A DNA stretch of 63,822 nt, counting the filler. It is 3 parts of 3 records of this genome, joined end to end, with 100 filler letters (N's around TTAATTAATTAA, not from the genome) between each part and the next. Parts side by side here need not be neighbours in the genome. Positions count along the whole stretch, not along the records: positions 1 to 25,864 come from SRR20825019_1919; 2 more parts are not named here. One strand, 5' to 3'. The notes under the pieces were generated by a model. The model was not told where the DNA came from and did no database searches. It saw nothing but the letters and a program-made list of their open reading frames with translations. Position numbers and translations under genes: made by a program. Positions within the stretch are counted from its first letter, which is position 1. Each line of letters opens with the position of its first letter. Shown here one piece after another: positions 9,695 to 17,088 of this stretch.

Positions 9695-10024
9695 ATGAAT
9701 TATTCAAAAAAAATGAAATTTGAGAGTGCCCAAAAAAGGGTTGAAGCATTAAAAAGTTTTTATAAGCATGTACTGGTTTACGGTATAGTAAACATTGCAC
9801 TTTTCGTTGTTAGAGGACAGATACTTGAGTTTTTTATGAACGAATCAACAGATAAAAACTTTATTGAGTGGATAGATTGGAATATTTTAATAGTTCCTAT
9901 TTTTTGGGGAATTGGTTTGTTATTTCACGCAGCAAAAACGTTTAAATATAAGTTGAAGTTTATAAAAAACTGGGAAGAAAACCAACTAAAAAAATTCATA
10001 ACTAAAGAACAAAACGAACGCTAA
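9695..10024 (+). CDS. 2TM domain protein
   Basis: AQKRV..LKSFYKH...FWGIGLLFH...WEE. Confidence 0.85.
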   Translation: MNYSKKMKFESAQKRVEALKSFYKHVLVYGIVNIALFVVRGQILEFFMNESTDKNFIEWIDWNILIVPIFWGIGLLFHAAKTFKYKLKFIKNWEENQLKKFITKEQNER

Positions 10025-10026
10025 AA

Positions 10027-10335
10027 ATGGAAACCGAAAAGAGTTTGGCTTATTTAAGAGCAAAGAAAAAAGTAGAAACACTTAAAAGTTTTTACAGTCA
10101 TTTGGTGGTTTATTTACTAATTAATACCGCAATCATACTTGTTTCTGCGAATGTTTTTAATGATAAACCAATAAATTTTTCACACTGGAGTATGTATTTT
10201 ACCGCAATGTTTTGGGGTATAGGTTTGGTTTCACACGCACTCTATGTACTCTTTGTTATGAATTTTAAAAATAATATTTTTAAAAACTGGGAAGAGAAAA
10301 AACTAAAACAATTTCTAGAAGAAGATCAATCATAA
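10027..10335 (+). CDS. 2TM domain protein
   Basis: AKKKV..LKSFYSH...FWGIGLVSH...WEEKK. Confidence 0.85.
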   Translation: METEKSLAYLRAKKKVETLKSFYSHLVVYLLINTAIILVSANVFNDKPINFSHWSMYFTAMFWGIGLVSHALYVLFVMNFKNNIFKNWEEKKLKQFLEEDQS

Positions 10336-10361
10336 AATAATTTACCAGCAACCACAAATTA

Positions 10362-11117
10362 ATGAATGTATTAATAATTGAAGACGAAAAACCATCTGCA
10401 CGCTATTTGCAGCGTATGCTAGAAAAACAAGACGTTAAGGTTAGTCAAATGCTTCACAGTGTAGAAGAAGCTGTAAATTGGTTTCAAAATAACCCACATC
10501 CAGACCTTATTTTTTTAGACATTCAATTGAGTGATGGACTTTCTTTCGAAATTTTTGACGCCGTTGAAGTACACAGCGCCATAATATTTACTACTGCATT
10601 TGACGAATATGCTTTGCAAGCATTTAAATTGAATAGTATTGATTATTTATTGAAACCAATTGATGAAGACGAATTATATGTAGCAGTTGTAAAGTATAAA
10701 TCGTTTAATCCAACAGTTCAAAATGTTCAGTTTAATTTTGAGGATATTAAAAAAATGCTTGTAAACCCTGTAGAAAGAGCGTATAAAAAACGTTTTACAA
10801 CAAAAATTGGCCAGCATATAAAGATGATTTCTGTAGATGAAATTGAATGCTTCTATTCTGAAAATAAAGGCACCTACGCACACACTGTAGACGGACGTAA
10901 TTATTTGTTAGAAACTACTCTAGAGCAATTGGAGCAAGAGCTTTCGCCAGAATTATTTTTTAGAATAAGTAGAAAATTCTATATAAATATTGAAGCTATA
11001 AAAGATATTATTTCATACACAAACTCACGACTTCAATTAAAATTGAATAACTATAATGAGCAGGAAGTTATCGTAGCGCGTGAACGGGTGAAAGATTTTA
11101 AACTTTGGCTAGAATAG
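10362..11117 (+). CDS. LytTR family response regulator
   Basis: Receiver domain IIEDE...IFLDIQL...FTTA...LLKP; LytTR domain FFRISRKFYIN. Confidence 0.95.
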   Translation: MNVLIIEDEKPSARYLQRMLEKQDVKVSQMLHSVEEAVNWFQNNPHPDLIFLDIQLSDGLSFEIFDAVEVHSAIIFTTAFDEYALQAFKLNSIDYLLKPIDEDELYVAVVKYKSFNPTVQNVQFNFEDIKKMLVNPVERAYKKRFTTKIGQHIKMISVDEIECFYSENKGTYAHTVDGRNYLLETTLEQLEQELSPELFFRISRKFYINIEAIKDIISYTNSRLQLKLNNYNEQEVIVARERVKDFKLWLE

Positions 11118-11119
11118 CA

Positions 11120-12343
11120 CTATTTTTTTTCTTTATTAATTTCAATTCTATTATCCTGAAACGAAGAAGGCAACAATTTTGGAATAAATTTCACTAATAA
11201 AGGAAGTAAAACACTACCACCAGGAAGCAAAAAAATAGTCAATGACGGAATGCTTTTACAAACGTCCAAAAGTTGCTCCTTAACTTTGTTTTTTTCTTCG
11301 GGAGATAAATCTCGTAAAGTAGATTGCCCCAAAAGTACAACCAACTCGCCACTTTCTTCCAGCTCGCGTGCTAAACGGTCTTTATTTCTTATAATTAATA
11401 ATTTTACAGTTGAAGCAGATTGCTTGTAAAACTGCTTCACAGGGTGCGAATATTCAAAAAGAAGTATTTTTTCAGTGTATTTTTTTGAAAAATTAGCAAG
11501 ACACTCCAAGCTATTGTTTAAATCTTCTTCGGAATAATTTAAAGTTAAAACTAATTGCTGTAAAAACTGATGTTCCGTTTCATCAAGTTTTAAATCTTCC
11601 CAAATAGTAAGACAGCATAAATCCAAGATATACTTTCTTTCCAAGGAGTTTTCAGTAATATTTAAATAGTTTAAACTCTCTAAAAAAGTAGAAAAACTAC
11701 CATCGGTTTTGGCAACTATATATTCAGATGAGGTTTCGAAAAGCTCAATTAGTAATTTATCGTATTTAGATTTTTTCTTTTTAGATTTCAATGTGTAAAA
11801 ACAAGCTGTAAGTACAATTGTTTCTTGTTGTTTGTAATAGTTTTTGGCATTGCTTGGTTCTTTTTGCCAATGTTTATAAGCAAGAACATCCAAATATAAA
11901 AGTGCATGCGTAAGCAGTGAAATTGTATTTTTCTTTAATAACGAATTTGTTTCTTGCAAGCGCGCCGATAGAATATGCTCTAAAGTATTTGAAGGACTTT
12001 GTGAAAGTGTAAATTTTTGAAAAAAACCTGTTTTACCTTTTTCTATATGCCTGTAAAAAGAAAGAATATCTGTTATAGCTTCCGAATTGCTGGATTCTGG
12101 ATTTTGCTGATAAAATTGAAAAAGTAAGGAGTGAAAAAGATTTATTTTTGTGAGTTCTTCTTTAGTAAGTTTTAAGTTGCCAAGCGATTTTTTTGGTAAG
12201 GCAGAAACAGAAACACCATAAATAAACCCAGTGTTTTTAAGCGCTTCATAGAATTTTAAGTTAGTTTGAAAAGAATCAATTAATTCATTCTTTTCAAAAA
12301 GATTTAAAAACTTTAAAATCCAATCGGCTGCAGAGGGGTTCAT
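11120..12343 (-). CDS. LETM1-related protein (Bacteroidetes type)
   Basis: C-terminal QLLDVCKSIPSLTIFLLPGGSVLLPLLVKFIPKLLPSSF matches the LETM1 membrane motif. Confidence 0.8.
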   Translation of the reverse strand: MNPSAADWILKFLNLFEKNELIDSFQTNLKFYEALKNTGFIYGVSVSALPKKSLGNLKLTKEELTKINLFHSLLFQFYQQNPESSNSEAITDILSFYRHIEKGKTGFFQKFTLSQSPSNTLEHILSARLQETNSLLKKNTISLLTHALLYLDVLAYKHWQKEPSNAKNYYKQQETIVLTACFYTLKSKKKKSKYDKLLIELFETSSEYIVAKTDGSFSTFLESLNYLNITENSLERKYILDLCCLTIWEDLKLDETEHQFLQQLVLTLNYSEEDLNNSLECLANFSKKYTEKILLFEYSHPVKQFYKQSASTVKLLIIRNKDRLARELEESGELVVLLGQSTLRDLSPEEKNKVKEQLLDVCKSIPSLTIFLLPGGSVLLPLLVKFIPKLLPSSFQDNRIEINKEKK

Positions 12344-12416
12344 TGAAATATTTATGATTATTTTAGGCGTTCAAACGCTGGTTTTGCTACGTTAACAAAA
12401 GATTAACGTTTTTGAA

Positions 12417-12446
12417 AAAACCATGCACTCACATTTAAACGTAAGT
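12417..12446 (+). promoter_or_regulatory. ECF-type promoter of the DUF4331 operon
   Basis: AAAACCA-N16-CGTAAGT; the same boxes recur at 15215-15243; AAC/CGT cores are typical of ECF promoters. Confidence 0.65.
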
Positions 12447-12489
12447 ATAGCGAACAAACAAAAATAATTAATAAAAACTAACAAAAAAG

Positions 12490-13176
12490 ATGAAAAATTC
12501 AAAACTTTTTGCAGTAATCGGTGGACTGGGCATAGCCGCACTATCGGTATTTTTAATATCTGCGGATCACATTGACGCACCAGCAGTTGCAGGTACAACA
12601 GCAGATATTACAGACTTTTACGCCTTTCAAGGCGAGAACAGTAATAACTTTGTGCTAGCAGCAAATATACAAGGACTTTTGCCTCCGGGTACTCCTACAG
12701 ACCAAGCCGAATTTGATGAAACGGTTTTGATAGAATTCAATATTGACAGAAATAACGACCTTAAAGAAGATTTTGTTATTCAGGCAATAAAACGTGGTGA
12801 TTCAATGTATTTCTTTGGCCCCTCGGTTCCAGCTATGACAGGCGCACAAAGTACTATTGCTACAACTGATCCTATTAGTGTAAAAATTTCTACAAAAGAT
12901 GATGTTCAGATAACAGAAATGAATGGCATGAAATTTTTTGCGGGACCAAGAGAAGATCCTTTTTTCTTTGATTTTAACCAATACAACGCAGTGCTTTCTG
13001 GTACCGCAACAGGTTTTAACAATCCTGGGGATGATACTTTTGCAGGAACAAATGTATTGAGTATTGTTGTGGAATTTCCAAAGGCTATGTTACCAGGTGG
13101 AGCTACGGGCGTAAACCCATTTGCAGCAAGTACACCTATCTATAATGTATGGGTAGAGGCTAAAAGAAAACAATAA
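12490..13176 (+). CDS. DUF4331 family protein (N-terminal-half type), secreted
   Basis: Signal peptide; ADHIDAP, DITDFYAF, FAGPREDPFFFD, DTFAGTNVLSIVVE. Confidence 0.85.
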   Translation: MKNSKLFAVIGGLGIAALSVFLISADHIDAPAVAGTTADITDFYAFQGENSNNFVLAANIQGLLPPGTPTDQAEFDETVLIEFNIDRNNDLKEDFVIQAIKRGDSMYFFGPSVPAMTGAQSTIATTDPISVKISTKDDVQITEMNGMKFFAGPREDPFFFDFNQYNAVLSGTATGFNNPGDDTFAGTNVLSIVVEFPKAMLPGGATGVNPFAASTPIYNVWVEAKRKQ

Positions 13177-13204
13177 AAATTGCTAACACTAAAAATTTAA
13201 AAAG

Positions 13205-13831
13205 ATGAAAACATTTAAATATATATACCTTTTTGCCGCAATAACAACGTCAGTATTGTTTGTGCAATGTACCGATGATGACGATAATATAATTACGAAC
13301 CCAACTTGTACCGATGGAATTTTAAACGGTGATGAAACAGAAATTGACTGTGGCGGAACAGCTTGTGCACCTTGTGGAGAAGTAGTGGATTTTAGCGGAA
13401 CTTACATACAGGAAGACCAAATGGGGCGTCCTGGTATAAATACCGTATTTGGATCAGAAGGATTTAAAGATGCATTTAATGTTACTGTACCATCTGCAAT
13501 GCAAGTAGCTTTCCAAGCAAAATTTGAAGCAAAATTATTGGCATTGAATTCTGGATATACTACTAATGCTTTAGGTTTAACTGCAGAACAATTCACAACA
13601 GTACTTTCTAACGATGTTTTATGGTTAGCTGAAACAGGGATAACTACTTACTTTAACGGAACCGAAATATTGACTGGTAGAACCTTGAATGATGATGTGA
13701 TTGATGTATCCTTACTTTTAATTTTTGGAGGTCCTGACGGATCTGAAAATCCAACATTAACAAGTGATGGAGTGTCAGGTAATGATGCTTCGTTCTCTGC
13801 GTCATTCCCATATATGGCTGGACCATTTTAA
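13205..13831 (+). CDS. DUF4331 family lipoprotein (C-terminal-half type) with a Cys-rich module
   Basis: Lipoprotein signal FVQ-C followed by acidic TDDDD; CTDGILNGDETEIDCGGTACAPC; QMGRPGINT, GRTLNDDVID, FPY. Confidence 0.8.
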   Translation: MKTFKYIYLFAAITTSVLFVQCTDDDDNIITNPTCTDGILNGDETEIDCGGTACAPCGEVVDFSGTYIQEDQMGRPGINTVFGSEGFKDAFNVTVPSAMQVAFQAKFEAKLLALNSGYTTNALGLTAEQFTTVLSNDVLWLAETGITTYFNGTEILTGRTLNDDVIDVSLLLIFGGPDGSENPTLTSDGVSGNDASFSASFPYMAGPF

Positions 13832-13849
13832 TAAGTAAAGTTTTAATAC

Positions 13850-13879
13850 AAAAAAGAGAGCGTTTCGTTCTCTTTTTTT
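13850..13879 (+). terminator. Intrinsic terminator/attenuator hairpin after the DUF4331 pair
   Basis: AAAAAAGAGAGCG-TTT-CGTTCTCTTTTTTT. Confidence 0.7.
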
Positions 13880-13929
13880 GTTTAAAATATATTTAAATGA
13901 AAAATTTGACCAACACAAATACCTTCAAA

Positions 13930-15207
13930 ATGAAAAATTTAATACCCTTATTATTTTTTGCTGTTTTTATTGGATGTCAAGAAAAGACTGAAAAAATAAC
14001 CGATAGTAAAGATTATAACCCGTATTTAATTACCACTAACAATCCTTCAAAAGAAGCACTTTTATCTGAGTTTGAATTTTGGGAGAAAAGATTCAATAAC
14101 GATTCAACTAACTTGATGGAAATGACCCGTATGTCTAGCCTTCATGCAAGAATGTTTGGAATAAACGGAACTATTTCAGAATTAAAAACTTCAGAAGAAT
14201 TAATTAAAAAGGCATACGCTGTTTCAGCACGTAATAAAGATACCTATTTGCGCAGTTTAGCACATAATTATATTTCACAACACCGTTTTAAGGAAGCAAA
14301 AGTTTTATTGGATAGCGCATATACCTATCCAGATAATCATAAAGAAACGGAGATGATGCTTTTTGATGTGGCGATGGAATTGGGCGACTATCAGCTTGCA
14401 GATACGCTGTTGGGAAAAGTAAAGGCTCCAAAAAATTTTAATTATTTAATTCGTTTGGCAAAATGGAGCGACCATAATGGAAATCTTGATGCAGCCATAA
14501 AATATATGGAACAAGCTAAAACAATTGCTGAAGCACGAAAAGACAAAAGTTTAATGGTTTGGGTTTATAGCAATATTGGCGATTTTTATGGTCATGCTGG
14601 ACGTATTCAAGATTCTTATAAAAGTTATTTGAATACATTGGCAATTCAACCAGACAACCATTATGTAAAAAAACAACTTGCATGGATGATTTATTCTCTT
14701 GAAAAAAATACCAAGGAAGCAAATCGTATTTTAGATTCCGTACAGGTAAATCATAATATACCTGATTATCATTTATTGAAAGCTGAAATGGCTGAATATG
14801 ATGGCGATATTTCTAAAGCAAACAATGAATATGAAAAATTTATAAAAGCTACAGATAATGTGGCCTATGGTGGAATGTATACTACCTACCTTATATCAAT
14901 TTATGCAGAAAAGGATCCAAAAAAAGCACTTGAATTAGCCGAAAAAGAAATTATGAATCGCGCTACACCAGAAACGTATCAATTGCTTGCATATGCCCAA
15001 TTAAAATCTGGCAATAAAGAAGTTGCTCTTAATACAATTGAAACGTTTGTTGTTGGAAAAACTTCAGAGCCTAATGCGCTTTTTCATTCAGCTTTAATAT
15101 ATAAAGCAAATGGAATGAATGCTGAGTTAAATTCATTAAAAACTGAACTGTTAGAAGCATTTTATGAATTGGGACCTTTAAAAGCAAAAGAAATAAAAAT
15201 GTTATAA
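13930..15207 (+). CDS. TPR-repeat lipoprotein
   Basis: MKNLIPLLFFAVFIG-C lipoprotein signal from ATG 13930; multiple TPR-like helices. Confidence 0.8.
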   Translation: MKNLIPLLFFAVFIGCQEKTEKITDSKDYNPYLITTNNPSKEALLSEFEFWEKRFNNDSTNLMEMTRMSSLHARMFGINGTISELKTSEELIKKAYAVSARNKDTYLRSLAHNYISQHRFKEAKVLLDSAYTYPDNHKETEMMLFDVAMELGDYQLADTLLGKVKAPKNFNYLIRLAKWSDHNGNLDAAIKYMEQAKTIAEARKDKSLMVWVYSNIGDFYGHAGRIQDSYKSYLNTLAIQPDNHYVKKQLAWMIYSLEKNTKEANRILDSVQVNHNIPDYHLLKAEMAEYDGDISKANNEYEKFIKATDNVAYGGMYTTYLISIYAEKDPKKALELAEKEIMNRATPETYQLLAYAQLKSGNKEVALNTIETFVVGKTSEPNALFHSALIYKANGMNAELNSLKTELLEAFYELGPLKAKEIKML

Positions 15208-15214
15208 CAAAATG

Positions 15215-15243
15215 AAAACCAAACTACTACTTTTTCCGTAAGT
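15215..15243 (+). promoter_or_regulatory. Second ECF-type promoter, with no protein gene downstream
   Basis: AAAACCA-N15-CGTAAGT, boxes identical to 12417-12446. Confidence 0.6.
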
Positions 15244-15247
15244 GTTA

Positions 15248-15365
15248 ATGAGGTTGGTTATCTATCGAATAATTGATAGATATTTTAAAACCGGAAATAC
15301 CGGTTTTCAGAGTTTTTTTGTTAGTTGGAGCGCCCGTCATAATTTTGATGGGCGCTACTTTTTTT
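15248..15365 (+). ncRNA. Candidate ECF-dependent small RNA (about 118 nt)
   Basis: Own promoter; hairpins TATCTATC-N8-GATAGATA (15259-15282) and AAAACCGG-AAATA-CCGGTTTT (15287-15307); unpaired TTTTTTGTTAGTT; terminator. Confidence 0.55.
15329..15365 (+). terminator. Intrinsic terminator, plus strand
   Basis: AGCGCCCGTCA-TAATTT-TGATGGGCGCT followed by ACTTTTTTT. Confidence 0.85.
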
Positions 15366-15388
15366 AATATTTTTAAAAATATATTTTC

Positions 15389-15420
15389 AAAAAAAAACTT
15401 GAGCGTGAACTCAAGTTTTT
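15389..15420 (-). terminator. Intrinsic terminator of the sigma/anti-sigma operon
   Basis: AAAAACTTGAG-CGTGAA-CTCAAGTTTTT, with an A-run that forms the minus-strand U-tract. Confidence 0.75.
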
Positions 15421-15440
15421 AAATATAACTTTTCTTTTTC

Positions 15441-16238
15441 TTAAATAGTTATTGTTCCTAACGTATATAATTGTGATAGGGTAGGTATTTTACTTCCTCC
15501 AGCAGGTTCTAAAGTTATTCCAAAAGCTTCAGGATCTGGGAAATTTTCGAACTTATAAATTCCGTTTTCGCCGGCTTCATTTTCGGCAGCAATTAAACCT
15601 ACACTTGTTGGCGTAAGAGGTTCCATTTTTAACGACCATAGTTGGTAAACTTTTCCTGGAGGTGGCGTAGGTAAACCTTTAACATCTATGTAAGCTATGT
15701 TGTTTTTTTTATCTAAATACACTTTTGCATAAGCTTCAGGTGCAACAGCTTGATTTCCGGGAAGTGTATAGGTTTGGTATTCTTTAGACCTTAATACATC
15801 CAGTATTTTAGTGTTAGCTACTAATTGATTTTCAATAACATTTTTATCTTCTTTTAAAACGGTGTTTTCTGTTGAAGTTATTTGTAGTGAATTATTTAAA
15901 TCATTATTTTGTTTTAACATCCATAAGATACCACCCATAAATAGTATAGCGGCTGCCCAACCTGTAATGGCTGACCAATTAAGTGTTTTTACCTTGGTAT
16001 CACCAATATTCTTAACATATCTAATTGAGTTGAGAATGTGTGTCCATGTCATTGCTTGCACGGGAGGCGCAACATTTTCAGCAATGTGAATAAGAGATTT
16101 TTCAATTTGCTCAACTTCTCGCTTCACTTCTTCGCTATTGGCAATTGCAGCTTCCACTTCAATAACTTCTTCTTGTGGCAATGCGCCACAAACGTACATT
16201 TCTAATTTCCCTGATGCTATAATTTCTTCAGTATTCAT
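15441..16238 (-). CDS. Anti-sigma factor, RskA family
   Basis: N-terminal LEMYVCGAL domain, one TM, C-terminal LPTPPPGKVYQLW...AFGITLEPAGGS..PT. Confidence 0.9.
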   Translation of the reverse strand: MNTEEIIASGKLEMYVCGALPQEEVIEVEAAIANSEEVKREVEQIEKSLIHIAENVAPPVQAMTWTHILNSIRYVKNIGDTKVKTLNWSAITGWAAAILFMGGILWMLKQNNDLNNSLQITSTENTVLKEDKNVIENQLVANTKILDVLRSKEYQTYTLPGNQAVAPEAYAKVYLDKKNNIAYIDVKGLPTPPPGKVYQLWSLKMEPLTPTSVGLIAAENEAGENGIYKFENFPDPEAFGITLEPAGGSKIPTLSQLYTLGTITI

Positions 16239-16242
16239 AATT

Positions 16243-16776
16243 TTATCCTAGTACCATTACCCGTAATTCATTTATACAGGTTCTGTTTCTTGTTTTTAAA
16301 GTTCCTAAAGGTATCTCAAGTGTTTTTGATGCTTCCGCTTGTGTATATCCTTTAAAATATAAAAGGTCAATTATTTTTATACATGCTGGTTTTAAGGCAT
16401 CTACAAATTTTTTGAGACCAATTGCATTTGTTTTTGTGTTTAAGCTATCTGAGGATGATAGTATATCTACGAAGTTTGTGGTGCTTAGGTTTTTTTTAGT
16501 GTTTTTAAATGCTTTTGACCTAGTTTGATCTATAGCTGTATTTCTTGCAATGTTTAATAGCCAAGTAAAAAACCGTCCTTTATTTACAGCATAAGAGCCG
16601 GAATTATTCCATACCTTTATGAATACGTCTTGTAGCACTTCTTCAGCAACACTTTCATCTAGTACAATACTGTATATTATTCCATAAATAGCTTCACTAT
16701 ACATGGTGTATATGCGGGAAAAGGCTTTCTCATTCCCGTTTTGCATCGCTATGATGAGATCATTGGGTTGTTCCAT
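16243..16776 (-). CDS. ECF sigma factor (SigK-like, RskA-coupled)
   Basis: AEEVLQDVFIKVW, FFTWLLNIARNTAID, YFKGYTQAE...IPLGTLKTR. Confidence 0.92.
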   Translation of the reverse strand: MEQPNDLIIAMQNGNEKAFSRIYTMYSEAIYGIIYSIVLDESVAEEVLQDVFIKVWNNSGSYAVNKGRFFTWLLNIARNTAIDQTRSKAFKNTKKNLSTTNFVDILSSSDSLNTKTNAIGLKKFVDALKPACIKIIDLLYFKGYTQAEASKTLEIPLGTLKTRNRTCINELRVMVLG

Positions 16777-17088
16777 AAATTTATTCTTCGAAAGTAAAAG
16801 TAATAAATTAATAGCTTAAGTTTCATTTGATTTTTTGATTTGTAGGAAATTAATTTTTAGGTCATTTTATTTGAATTAAATCTCATTTTAATCATTCATT
16901 GACTTCATTAACCTTAAAGATGTTTATCAGAACTTTTTGTTTGTAAATGGTTGTTTTTCAGTAATTAATAATTTGTAGGAAAGGTTTAAAATGATTTTTT
17001 TTAGCGTTTTTTCAGTATTTTTACAACTGCCGCATTTCATATAACATGCGCTTTGCGCTAAAAAAACAAACCTGAAAAAATTAATATT

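Noticed and set aside
15252-15259. GGTTGGTT in the sRNA complementary to AACCAACC before the TonB receptor start (4473-4480)
   Set aside because: Only 8 nt; could easily be chance.
15248-15367. 39-codon leaderless ORF (MRLVIYRIID...) over the sRNA candidate
   Set aside because: It runs through the terminator with its stop beyond the U-tract and has no recognisable features; not fully excluded without ribosome profiling.
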